Shown here piece by piece: positions 44,496 to 56,734 of a stretch of 64,000 nucleotides of DNA. A program made the translations under genes and the position numbers. Under the pieces are notes generated by a model. The model was not told the DNA's origin, ran no database searches, and saw nothing but the letters and a program-made list of their open reading frames with translations. Each line of letters opens with the position of its first letter. Position 1 is the first letter of the stretch. This DNA is from Macrostomum lignano. Its lineage: Eukaryota. The stretch is taken from positions 124,001-188,000 of the forward strand of contig NIVC01000048.1 of the NCBI GenBank assembly GCA_002269645.1, read 5' to 3'.

Positions 44496-47400
44496 CGATC
44501 CCTAACTACAGTGCCGTCTATCAAACCCTCTCAGGCGCGCAGTCCAGCGGCAACTTCGACTCCGCCATCTACACAGGCAGCAGCTCCCAATTCGCCGGCT
44601 ACAACGCGTTCCCGCCATCAAGGTTCCTGAAGCGGCAGCACCACGGCCAGCAGCAGCCGCAGGCTCTGCAGCTCAAGCACCCGCCCGAGTCCAGCCGCTT
44701 CGCCGCTCTCCGAGGATCCCGCGGACACGAGGCTGGCAGCGGAGCCGGCGCCGATGCTTCCGCTGGCATCGGTGGTGCCCCCGCCAGCCCAAGGTGATCA
44801 CCGTCATCAAGGACGGTCAGCGGCCGCGCCAGGTGGTGAAGATCCTGCTGAACAGGCGCGGGGTGCAAAGCTTCCAGCAGCTGCTGGCCGACATCTCCGA
44901 CTCGTTCGGCGGCGGACGGCGCGGCGGGCGACTTCGCCGACTGTGGAGCATCGCCGGCAGGGACGTTCGGGACGTCGGCGACCTGTTCCGCGACGAGGAG
45001 ATCTTCGTGGGCAGCTCCGGCGAGGAGGCGATGACGCTGGATCGGGTGTCCGACCTGCTGGACGAGTTGTACCCCGGGAACGCCGAAGTCAAGTCGTTGC
45101 TCCGACACTGGGAGCGCCGGCTCCGACGCCAGCAGAAGCGACGCGGCAGCAAGGGTCACGTGACCGCTCAGCAGCAGCAGCAGCAGAAGCAGTCTCGGCA
45201 GCCGCAGCAGCTGCCGCCTCCGCGCGTTGAAGAGCGAGACAGCGGCTACGAGGAGGCTGAGGGCTCGGCGTCCACCCCGACCTCCGGCGCCGCTCCGCTC
45301 CGAGGCGAGCCGCTGCGCCAGGCTCTGGCAGCCCGGCGGCATTCGAAGCCGCTGCCGCTGATCCACGAGCCGCCATCGCAGCAGCAGCAGCAGCCGCAGG
45401 AGCCGGAGGAGATCAGCCGGCAGCAGAGGCTGGCGGAGGAGCAGCGACTGGCTGATGAGGCAGCGACAGCGAAGAAGGACAAGCAGCGCCGGTTGGGTAA
45501 ACAGCGCGAGACTCCGGCAGGGAAACAACAGCAGCAACAGCAGCAGCAGCAGCAAGCCAAGGGTCGAGTTGTGTTGCCACCGATCCAAGCCTCTTCCAAG
45601 GAGCCGCAGACTGCTGAGAAATCTCGAAAAGCAGACGAGAAGCAGGCGCGCAAGGAGAAGAAGCAGCAGGAGGAGCAGCAAGAGGAGCAGCAGCAGCAGG
45701 AAGCTGATCAGGCACTGCCGTCGCTTCCGCAGCTTCCACCGGAACCTGCCGCCGTGGCAGCCGCCGACACAAAATCTCCCAAGCACCCATCGCCAAGGCA
45801 GCTTCAGCAGCAGCAGCAGCAGCAACATCAACAGTCAAGACGGTCATCCACACCGAAACCGGAAACTCCGGTGGCTCGGGTCCTGTCCCCGGTGCGCGAG
45901 GAAGAGAAGGAGGCCACGGCGGCCACAACGGCCACCACTGCCGCAGCCACTGTCACCGCCACCGCTACCGCAGCAGCCGCCACGCCATCTGATGAAGCTT
46001 CCAGCGTCCAGGAGACGCCTAGGAAGCCTGATGAAAAGAAGGACCAGCAACAGCGGGCGTCGGCCAAGGAGAAGGTCAAGAAGGAATCACCTCAACGACA
46101 AACTCTCAAGACTCCCAAGAAGAGCGCATCGAAGAAGCGTCAGTCGGAGAGTGAGAAGCCGGAAGAGCCTCAGCAGCAGCCGCCGGCCCCGCCCGACTCC
46201 CAGCGGCCGCTGATTCGCCCCATCTCATCCAGCCGGTTCATCAACGAACGCTTCGAACTGGGCAAAACCATGGGCGACGGCAACTTCGCCATCGTCCGGG
46301 CCTGCGTCAAGAAGGAGAGCCGAAACGAATACGCCATGAAGGTGATTGACAAGTCCAAGCTGCGCGGCAAGGAGCACATGGTGATCAATGAGGTTCGCAT
46401 CATGAAGATGTGCCAGCATCATAACATTGTCCGCCTGGTAGAGGAGTACGAGACTCGCACGGAGATCTACCTGGTGATGGAGCTGGTCAAAGGTGGCGAC
46501 CTGTTTGACGCCATCAGTCAGGTTGTGAAGTTCAACGAGACCCAGGCGGCTCACATGGTGGCTGACATGGCCAATGCGCTGTTCTACCTGCACAGCAGGA
46601 ATATTGTGCACCGGGACCTCAAGCCTGAGAACTTGCTGGTAAGGGACAAGTTGATACCTTGTAGGGATTACAGTAATTACTCTTTGTTGGGAGTTCAGAG
46701 TGTAGGAGCCTAATTTCTAATTTGGGGACATATTAGGGATTATGGATTTGGGATCTGGGATTTGAGAGCATTCGGGATCTGGGATTCTGGGATCTGGGAC
46801 GTGGGATTTGGGATCTGAGATCTGAGATTAGGGATCTAGGATCTTGGATCTGGGATTTGGGATCTGGTAGTGTTATGGGAATATGACGCCATTTTATCTT
46901 CCATCCGCAGGTTTACCGCACCAAAGACAATCGGATCAGCTTGAAACTGGGCGACTTCGGTCTAGCGATGGAGGTTGAGAAGCCGATTTACACAGTCTGC
47001 GGAACCCCTACCTATGTTGCTCCGGAGATTCTGGAGGAGAGAGGCGAGTATTGCTATTGCTTCACTTCTAGACGTAACCTTGATTCTCTTATGGCTAACT
47101 GGATCGGTGTTTGGAAAGAAATTAGACGGATGAAATACCGGTTTTAACTAGTGAAACATCCAATTAGACAGGTGAAACATCCAATTAGACAGGTGAAACA
47201 TCCAATTAGACAGGTGAAACATCCAATTAGACAGGTGAAACATCCAATAAGACAGGTGAAACATCCAATTAGAGTGGTGAAACATCCAATTAGACAGGTG
47301 AAACATCCAATTAGACAGGTGAAACATCCAATTAGACAGGTGAAACATCCAAGTAGAGTGGTGAAACATCCAATTAGACAGGTGAAACATCCAATTAGAC

Positions 47401-49260
47401 AGGTGAAACATCAAATTAGACAGGTGAAACATCCAATTAGACAGGTGAAACATCCAATTAGACAGGTGAAACATCCAATTAGACAGGTGAAACATCAAAT
47501 TAGACAGGTGAAACATCCAATTAGACAGGTGAAACATCCAATTAGACAGGTGAAACATCCAATTAGACACGTGAAATATCCAATTAGACAGGTGAGACAT
47601 CCAATTAGACACGTGAAACATCCAATTAGACACGTGAAATATCCAATTAGACAGGTGAGACATCCAATTAGACAGGTGAGACATCTAATTAGACAGGTGA
47701 AACATCCAATTAGACACGTGAAACATCCAATTAGACACGTGAAATATCCAATTAGACAGGTGAGACATCCAATTAGACAGGTGAGACATCTAATTAGACA
47801 GGTGAAACATCCAATTAGACAGGTGAAATATCCAATTAGACAGGTGAAACATCCAATTAGACACGTGAAACATCCAATTAGACACGTGAAATATCCAATT
47901 AGACAGGTGAGACATCCAATTAGACAGGTGAGACATCCAATTAGACAGGTGAAACATCCAATTAGACAGGTGAAATATCCAATTAGACAGGTGAGACATC
48001 CAATTAGACAGGTGAGACATCCAATTAGACAGGTGAAACATCCAATTAGACAGGTGAAATATCCAATTAGACAGGTGAAACATCCAATTAGACACGTGAA
48101 ACATCCAATTAGACACGTGAAATATCCAATTAGACAGGTGAGACATCCAATTAGACAGGTGAGACATCCAATTAGACACGTGAAATATCCAATTAGACAG
48201 GTGAGACATCCAATTAGACAGGTGAAACATCCAATTAGACAGGTGAAACGTTCAATTAGACAGGTGAGACATCCAATTAGACAGGTGAAACATCCAATTA
48301 GACAGGTGAGACATCCAATTAGACAGGTGAAACATCCAATTAGACAGGTGAGACATCCAATTAGACAGGTGAAACATCCAATTAGACAGGTTAGGCAGGT
48401 GTCAAAGTATTTACAACAGTACTATTTAAAGATTAATAATGTTTGATTACTGCAGGCTACGGTCTCGAGGTGGACCTGTGGGCTCTTGGCGTCATCACGT
48501 ACATTCTCCTGTGCGGATTTCCGCCCTTCCGAAGCCGGGAACGCCGGCAAACTGAGCTGTTCCAGTTTATCAAATCGGGCGTGTTTGAGTTCCTCAGTCC
48601 CTACTGGGATCACATCTCGCTGTGTGAGTTTCGAATTTTATCGAATATTATGGTGTTTACTGAAATAATGTACGAATGAATGTGTTTTTTATTCGTTTTT
48701 TTACTTCAACTCGTTGGCAAATTTAAATCGGTGCCAAAAACCCGGAAAATATTTTGAAGCACCAAATATCTCCTACTTTTATTTCTCGTAGGTTTCGAAT
48801 TTTTTTCTTAGAATTTTAAATAAGTTCTAGGAAGTTTCCTAGAAACTAATCAGCTACTATTTTAATAGAATTTTTCAAGCACAGATTTTGAGTCGTGTAT
48901 AATGTTATGATTTCTTGGAAAATAGTAGACTCTAAGACAGGTATGAAATTAAATAAATAAAAACGAATTTGTTTTTCTAATTACGATAATTATTTTCAAA
49001 CCGGAATTGCAGCCGCTAAAGACCTCATCCAGCGCCTGTTAGTAGTTGACAGACGCCGACGGTATACCGCAGTGGACGTGCTCTGCCATCCGTGGGTGAT
49101 CAGCGTCGGAGGCTCAAGAAAGCTGCCAGCCAATGTCACCATGAAGGAGCATCAGGCCAAGCTGAGAGAACAGCTTACCAAACAGGCAGACGAGGGCATG
49201 GCGGAATTCCTGAAGGTCAAGGCAAGCAGCATCTATGGTGGACCGGTTAGTGCAAAGTAG
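43702..49260 (+). CDS. DCLK3: Doublecortin-like kinase, DCLK3-like (two DCX domains, long Q/E/K-rich linker, CAMK-type kinase), ~1009 aa
   Basis: Exons 43702-44077, 44535-46638, 46911-47043, 48456-48623, 49013-49260; DCX2 [19 protein letters not shown]; kinase [38 protein letters not shown]; needs +1 nt at the C-run 44778-44782. Confidence 0.85.
44386..44494. repeat. (GACA)n/(GATA)n in DCLK intron 1
   Basis: Direct reading. Confidence 0.97.
46740..46868. repeat. Degenerate (GGGATCT)n in DCLK intron 2
   Basis: 7-bp units. Confidence 0.85.
47150..48392. repeat. 21-bp minisatellite GTGAAACATCCAATTAGACAG in DCLK intron 3
   Basis: About 59 tandem units. Confidence 0.97.
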
Positions 49261-50211
49261 ATCCGCTATTCAATTAAGATTAAATTGTGACACTCCCAGA
49301 ACTGTGCCTTGTATTACACTGTTTCTTGAAAGAACCAACTGCCTTTCCTTTGAGTGTCAGTTAAATGTTGTAATTGTTGATTTCATCTTAGTATTTTTGC
49401 CCTATATATCTGGCAACCTACTAATAGTACTAGATTTGCATGTACTTTTATTTTATTTCAATGGAAAAATTCTCCAAAACTGCTTCGACCTTGAAATATT
49501 TAGATTTCGCATTTTTGTACATTTCGAAGTGTACACGTGTAGTATAACTGACTGCCTCTATTTTAATGACCAATGTCCTAGAGATACTACTGCTATTTTG
49601 ATAAGTAGTGTAATTAGAGTATTCTGTGTATCTTGATTAATTAATTATATTAATTAGTGTAAAATGCGATATTTTCTATCAAAAAAACCCTTGCTAAACA
49701 GAAATGATAATTTATAGATTCGAACTATTTGTTCTACTTTCAAACCAGTATTGTACCTTGTGTACAACAGCATGGACCCTTCGGCCTTCAACAGACGAGC
49801 TAGCTACACATGTACTTCTGTTGGCACACTTTTAAAGAATATTTTAGCTTCTTAATCATTGCTCCAGTTTAGATTCCGTGTGCCTGATGATGCACAATTG
49901 ATGGCTAATGTTAGCTCACAATGCTTTATATACTACTGTATACGCGTATAGAAGCAGTAGTATATGAATTATGCTCAGAGTTCACGAATATGCCTTATTT
50001 TAAAGTCGGATTTTACATTTATTATATAGATTACCAAGATATTTTAATTATTACTATTATTTTACCTGTGCCTTGGTTATTCACACCATAAATGCGAATT
50101 ATAATAAAATTTATGCATAAATTATTATCGTAGCGCAACTATGATTTAACTTCAACTGTTTGATCTGAGAAAATTTTGACTAACCTTTTTTCATGAACTT
50201 CAATGCCGGCT

Positions 50212-51073
50212 TTTTCACCCACCCACAGATGCCTCAGTGCCGCCCCTTCACCCACCCAGTGCCTCAGTACCGATCCTTCACCCACCCAGTGCCTCAGTGC
50301 CGCCCCTTCACCCACCCACAGATGCCTCAGTGCCGCCCCTTCACCCACCCACAGATGCCTCAGTGCCGCCCCTTCACCCACCCACAGATGCCTCAGTGCC
50401 GCCCCTTCACCCACCCACAGATGCCTCAGTGCCGCCCCTTCACCCACCCACAGATGCCTCAGTGCCGCCCCTTCACCCACCCACAGATGCCTCAGTGCCG
50501 CCCCTTCACCCACCCACAGATGCCTCAGTGCCGCCCCTTCACCCACCCACAGATGCCTCAGTGCCGCCCCTTCACCCACCCACAGATGCCTCAGTGCCGC
50601 CCCTTCACCCACCCACAGATGCCTCAGTGCCGCCCCTTCACCCACCCACAGATGCCTCAGTGCCGCCCCTTCACCCACCCACAGATGCCTCAGTGCCGCC
50701 CCTTCACCCACCCACAGATGCCTCAGTGCCGCCCCTTCACCCACCCACAGATGCCTCAGTGCCGCCCCTTCACCCACCCACAGATGCCTCAGTGCCGCCC
50801 CTTCACCCACCCACAGATGCCTCAGTGCCGCCCCTTCACCCACCCACAGATGCCTCAGTGCCGCCCCTTCACCCACCCACAGATGCCTCAGTGCCGCCCC
50901 TTCACCCACCCACAGATGCCTCAGTGCCGCCCCTTCACCCACCCACAGATGCCTCAGTGCCGCCCTTCACCCACCCACAGATGCCTCAGTGCCGCCCCTT
51001 CACCCACCCACAGATGCCTCAGTGCCGCCCCTTCACCCACCCACAGATGCCTCAGTGCCGCCCCTTCACCCAC
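50212..51073. repeat. 33-bp minisatellite CACCCACCCACAGATGCCTCAGTGCCGCCCCTT
   Basis: Highly homogeneous tandem units between the DCLK and NDUFA8 3' ends. Confidence 0.97.
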
Positions 51074-51374
51074 CTGGGTTTATACAAGTACAACAAAAAA
51101 ACTACTTATAAAATGAATAAAAAGCAAACAAGTTCATGATTTGGTTCAAAACTATGCTGTCTACTATTTGATGAAGTTCTAACAACACTGTCTTTAGACT
51201 ATTAGTCAGTAGTAGAGTAAGTTCCTATAACAATAAAACATTATATTTAAATGAGCACATTAATTAATTATTTAAACGGCAATATGACTCTACATTTTGT
51301 TGTACAGTGGGACAGGTAATGGGCTTTAAGTTGTCGGTTGCACTAAGCTCTGTTTTTTAGTTTGCAATATAAAA

Positions 51375-51662
51375 CTATTTATGGATCCCATTATGGGGAG
51401 ATTTATGAATCCCATTATGGGGAGATTTATGAATCCCATTATAGGGATATTTATAAAATCCCATTATGGGGATATTTATGAATCTTATGGGGATATTAGT
51501 AATACTCCATTATGGGGATATTTATGAATCCCATTATGGGGATATTTATGAATCTTATGGGGATATTAGTAAAATTCCATTATGGGGATATTAGTAAAAT
51601 TCCATTATGGGGATATTTATGAATTCCATTATGGGGCAATTTATGAATCTCATTATGGGGAT
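51375..51662. repeat. ~24-bp degenerate minisatellite CCCATTATGGGGATATTTATGAAT
   Basis: Tandem units with a CCCATTATGGG near-palindrome. Confidence 0.9.
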
Positions 51663-51853
51663 AAAAACAAAGGATCCAAATTGAACACATTTTCAAACTT
51701 GGGACTCTAAAATGAAAAGCTACACATTACACTAACTCTATAGTAATATTGTGTGCAAATCGCAAGCAAACGAGCAAGCGGTGCCACTTAAAACCTACTA
51801 GAAGATATTTTAAGTTTCAGTTTAGCCAGTTTAGCAGTTTTCCTGTTCCGCAT

Positions 51854-53936
51854 TCACTCAGAGCTATCGTGAGCCGGTGGCACGAAGTTCCTGCTAGTAG
51901 TCCGCTCCTTGTTGAGCCTGAGCCACTCTCTGGCTCGGCGCTGACCCTCCTCCGAGGTGTCGCGGCTGTTGAAGGCGAACAGCGGGTCGGGGGTGCCGGG
52001 CGGCTCAGTGACGCTGTCCAAGTCTCGCTCTTCGATGCGCTGCGGCATGGGGGCCGGCGGAACCGGAGGGCGCGGCCGCTGGCTGTCGTGCAAGCGGATC
52101 TTGCTGAAGTAGCCGGGCGGTGGCCGCTCCTGGGGGGATTGCGGTTTGGGGGAATAAACCGGTGTCTAAAACAAATGATAACCGGTGTCTAAAACAGGTG
52201 ATAACCGGTGTCTAATACAGGTGATAACCGGTGTCTAATACAGGTAATAACCGGTGTCTAATACAGGTGATAACCGGTGTCTAATACAGGTGATAACCGG
52301 TGTCTAATACAGGTGATAACCGGTGTCTAATACAGGTGATAACCGGTGTCTAATACAGGTGATAACCGGTGTCTAATACAGGTGATAACCGGTGTCTAAT
52401 ACAGGTGATAACCGGTGTCTAATACAGGTAATAACCGGTGTTTAATACAAGTGATAACCGGTGTCTAATAAAGGTGATAACCGGTGTCTGAAACAGGTGA
52501 CAACTGGTGTCTGAAACAGGTGATAACCGGTGTCTAATACAGGTGATAACCGGTGTCTAATACAGGTGATAACCGGTGTCTAATACAGGTGATAACCGGT
52601 GTCTAATACAGGTGATAACCGGTGTCTAATACATGTGATAACCGGTGTATAATACAGGTGATAACCGGTGTCTAATACAGGTGATAACCGGTGTCTAATA
52701 CAGGTGATAACCGGTGTCTAAAACAGGTGATAACCGGTATCTAAAACAGGTGACAGGACATAGCGGTCCGCACGATCACCTACCTGTCCCAGGTGCTGCC
52801 TCACGCAGTCATCAAACGGGCCCTGCTCCCGCCGGCAGTAGGCCGGCCGGTTATAAGAGGTCGAGCGCTTCTCAAAGCAGTTCAAGTAGCGCTCGAACGG
52901 CAGGGCGCAGTGGCGCTTGATCTGGCGGAAGAACTCCAGGCCGCACTCGGTGACGGCCTTGCCCTCGGCCAGGCACTTGCGCGGGTCCTTTGAGTTGCAT
53001 TTGGTACATAGAGTAGAATGATTGAGTATGTTAGGTAGATTAAGTAGTGTATATTGAGTAGAGTTAACTGAGTAGGGGTAGATTGAGTAGGGGTAGATTG
53101 AGTAGGGGTAGATTGAGTAGGGTAGATTGAGTTAGGGGTAGATTGAGTAGGGTAGATTGAGTAAGGTAGATTGAGTAGGGTAGATTGAGTAGGGTAGATT
53201 GAGTAGGGGTAGATTGAGTAGGGGTAGATTGAGTAGGGTATATTGAGTAAAGTATATTGAGTAGGGTAGATTGAGTAGGGTAGATTGAGTAGGGGTAGAT
53301 TGAGTAGGGGTAGATTGAGTAGGGGTAGATTGAGTAGGGTAGATTGAGTAGGGGTAGATTGAGTAGGGTAGATTGAGTAGGGTAGATTGAGTAGGGTAGA
53401 TTGAGTAGGGGTAGATTGAGTAGGGTAGATTGAGTAGGGGTAGATTGAGTAGGGTATATTGAGTAGGGTAGATTGAGTAAGGTAGATTGAGTAGGGCATA
53501 TTGAGTAGGGTAGACTGAGTAGGGTAGATTGAGTAAGGGTAGATTGGGTAGGGTAGATTCAGTAGAGTAAGATTGGGTAGGGTAGATTGAGTATAGTAGA
53601 TTGAGTAGAATCAGGTTGAGTAGTAGGTTGAGTATGGTAGGTTGAGTAGGGGTATATTGAGTAGCGTAGAGATGAAGTAAGCATTGTAGAGTAGTATTGA
53701 CTAGGCAAGGCAGAGTGGAACTATAAAATTACAAAAGTAGACAGACAGCCACAGTAGGGTGAGGCATCGCCTACCTTGAGCGTCTCCTGGTGGCACAGCA
53801 TGAACTCCTTGCACTGGTTGTCGCAGAAGCGGCCCAGCTGGTGCGCGGCGGCCAGCAGCGGCATGGTGGTGATGTTGAGCTCCGGCACCTCCAGCTCGGA
53901 GGCCGCCGGCAACCAAACGTCGTTGCCAAGCACCAT
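51854..53936 (-). CDS. NDUFA8: NADH:ubiquinone oxidoreductase subunit A8 (twin CX9C), 213 aa
   Basis: Exons 53936-53775, 52987-52784, 52129-51854, all phase 0 GT-AG; AAAHQLGRFCDNQCKEFMLC, DPRKCLAEGKAVTECGLEFFRQIKRHC, ERPPPGYFSK. Confidence 0.92.
52155..52752. repeat. 23-bp minisatellite ACAGGTGATAACCGGTGTCTAAT in NDUFA8 intron 2
   Basis: Tandem units fill most of the intron. Confidence 0.97.
53015..53690. repeat. 14/15-bp minisatellite GTAGATTGAGTAGGG(G) in NDUFA8 intron 1
   Basis: Tandem units. Confidence 0.96.
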
Positions 53937-54029
53937 GACGGCGTTGCAATGGGGAATCAAACACGAGTACGTATTAAAAACTCGGCAGGATAACCAACGA
54001 GGATGAATTTTAGCTTGAGCCTTTAAATT

Positions 54030-54682
54030 GAGGATCTGGGAGGCTGGCCCAGCAACTGGGGATCTGGGAGGCTGGCCCAGCAACTGACACTCTGGGAGGC
54101 TGATGGCCCAGCAACTGACACTCTGGGAGGCTGATGGCCCAGCAACTGGGGATCTGGGAGGCTGGCCCAGCAACTGAGGATCTGGGAGGCTGGCCCAGCA
54201 ACTGAGGATCTGGGAGACTGGCCCAGCAACTGACACTCTGGAAGGCTGGCCCAGCAACTGAGGATCCGGGAGGCTGGTCCAGCAACTGAGGATCTGGGAG
54301 GCTGGCCCAGCAACTGAGGATCCAGGAGGCTGGTCCAGCAACTGAGGATCCGGGAGGCTGACCCAGCAACTGACACTCTGGGAGGCTGGCCCAGCAACTG
54401 AGGATCCGGGATGCTGGTCCAGCAACTGACACTCTGGGAGGCTGGCACAGCAACTGACACTCTGGGAGGCTGGCACAGCAACTGACACTCTGGGAGGCTG
54501 GTCCAGCAACTGACACTCTGGGAGGCTGGCGCAGCAACTGACACTCTGGGAGGCTGGCGCAGCAACTGACACTCTGGGAGGCTGGTCCAACAACTGACAC
54601 TCTGGGAAGCTAGCCCAGCAACTGAGGATCTGGGAGGCTGGCTGAGTCCCAGCAACTGAGGATCTGGGAGGCTGGCCTGGGA
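54030..54682. repeat. ~25-bp minisatellite GGGAGGCTGGCCCAGCAACTGA(GGAT/CACT)CT upstream of NDUFA8
   Basis: Tandem variant units. Confidence 0.95.
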
Positions 54683-55384
54683 TCAACTAAAGCCGATGGT
54701 TTTTGGGATTTTAATGAACAACAAAACTGCAATAACCTTTAGCGATCAAGAAATGATTTACATATTTACTTGTATAATACACTTTTATATCTAATATTTT
54801 ATAGATCGTCAAACTGATCAAACGCATACCGACAGAGCGTAACCAGAATATAAATATTAGTATATATAATCGCAAGTGAACAGAGGTTTCTTAAAACGCC
54901 TAAGAATAATTTGCAAATAGGTGGAAAACTACTCATAGTAGAATATATCTTATATAGACAGCTGAAAGTAGCTTATAGGGATTGACAGAATTTCCATTCA
55001 AGATATAACTCAGTACAATAGACAGCTTAATATTCAATTTATTGTCTTCTAACACTAGATATGACACCAAATAAAACAACGAAAAATAACTTCTATTATA
55101 TCAGAAGATGTACATATGCTGATAATATAGCAGGATATTAACAAATTGTAATGGACACCAATATTGTATGCTTTTTTATTACATCAATAGACAGAACAGG
55201 GTGCCAATAAACACACGAACTGATTACAACAGAGAGTAAAACACAGGAAAGAATTAAGATGCAATTGCAGCCTGTAGGCTGAACGCAGATCGTGTTTTAA
55301 GAGTTTTAACAGCAGAAATACCCGACAATGACTGCTTCGGACCAAGGATTGAAGGATTGATTTTTAACTACAATAACAAAAAAT

Positions 55385-55481
55385 ACAAGAGGGGAGAGGG
55401 CTGGAGAGGAGAGGGTTGAGAAGAAAGAGGAGGGAAGAGAGGTGAGGAGAAATATGATAGGAGAGAGGAGGGGAGGGAAGG

Positions 55482-55524
<43 letters not shown>

Positions 55525-55580
55525 GGAGAGGAGAGGAGAGAGACAAGAGAGGGAAGGAGAGGAGAGGAGATGAGAGAAAC
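55385..55580. repeat. Purine-rich GGAGA tract with (GATA)n
   Basis: Direct reading. Confidence 0.9.
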
Positions 55581-55731
55581 CAATGCTTTAAAATAGTTAA
55601 TCTGGGGTGAACCTGGAGTTTCTCACAGGCCCGCAGACCCCGGCCATCAGAGCTCAGACGGGCACCAGCAAGTCAATTAAAGAGCCGGCAGTCCCACAGC
55701 CCCATGAGTCATCATCAAGCAGAGCCCAAAC

Positions 55732-56196
55732 TCAAGCGTCTTGCATGAGCCAGCTCTCCTCAACAATAGCGCGGACTTTCTTCTCATATTCCCGCTTATT
55801 CTCCTGGTAGAGAGTGGCGGCAACGTTATTGGCAGGCGAGTTGGGGTTCGGCTCGTCCAGCAGAGACTGAATGGAAGTGAGGATTGCTGACACATCGTAG
55901 GTGGGGCTCCATTTGTTCTGCAGAATGTCCAAACAGATGCTGCCATCAGCGTACACATTGGGGTGGAACATTTTCGATACGAATCTAACCGTAGGCGGCT
56001 TATTGGGGTATTCCTCAGTGAACTCCATGGTCAGCTGGAAGGTGCCGTCCTCGAACGGGGTGTCCTGAGGACCGAATATGACGCAATTCCACTGCATAAT
56101 ATTGTCCTCCTTGGGTGCGCCGGACACCCCGGCTGGAGGGTCCTCTTGGAGGCGCTTGAAATCTCGGATTAAACGACGACGCGACGGGGTTGCCAT
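55732..56196 (-). CDS. UBE2A: Ubiquitin-conjugating enzyme E2 RAD6 (UBE2A/B), 154 aa, intronless
   Basis: [39 protein letters not shown] (catalytic Cys), [13 protein letters not shown]. Confidence 0.95.
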   Translation of the reverse strand: MATPSRRRLIRDFKRLQEDPPAGVSGAPKEDNIMQWNCVIFGPQDTPFEDGTFQLTMEFTEEYPNKPPTVRFVSKMFHPNVYADGSICLDILQNKWSPTYDVSAILTSIQSLLDEPNPNSPANNVAATLYQENKREYEKKVRAIVEESWLMQDA

Positions 56197-56734
56197 GACG
56201 ACTCAAAAATAGATTTGAATTTGAATTTGCATGCATGGTATGCAGTTATCCTTTGTTTGTTGACTATTATATTATAAGTTTAGTTTAACAGTACATATAT
56301 GCATTGGACACATTTTAGATTTTTTCTTAGCGTATTTTCCTTATATTTCTACTGTCAGTAGAGACTCAAAAAAGTTTAGTATAATTTATGCACTAAGCCT
56401 CTTTGACCCACAGAAGTGAGTTGCAAAATGTAAAATACTAAAATAAAATAAAATTAATATTATGACACATGCTTTGGCGCAAAAAACACCAAAGCCAAGA
56501 AAGAACACTAGATAGATTTGTTGAGAAATGGAAAAAATTTCTAAATTTCTAAATTAGATAAGGTGGCCCTTGTTTAGATAGTAAAAAAAGAGAAAGCCAA
56601 AAATCAACATTTATCAACCAATGCTCATCTGATTATAAACTTAAGCTCTAAATAGCCTTGTACATAAAAAACCAGTCACCTACCCTTAATATGCATTCTG
56701 AGTGAGAGCACTGACCAGCTTGTATTTTATAACT

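Noticed and set aside
44599-45831. Antisense and off-frame ORFs over DCLK exon 2, the LINE and the lectins
   Set aside because: Shadows of GC-rich, CAG-rich coding sequence; no independent domain motifs.
47148-48446. Long repetitive ORFs (VKHPIRQ; also 23-418, 16253-16827, 24832-25563, 37534-38175, 50139-51139, 52882-53499, 53721-54686)
   Set aside because: Translations of minisatellites, often open in several frames or inside defined introns.
53015-53690. Telomeric repeat or G-quadruplex array
   Set aside because: The unit is a 14/15-bp GTAGATTGAGTAGGG(G), not TTAGGG; it is intronic, with long loops between G-runs.
56190-56203. Perfect RFX X-box-like GTTGCCATGACGAC at the UBE2A start
   Set aside because: Most of it is dictated by the codons ATG GCA ACC of the conserved N-terminus; likely coincidental.
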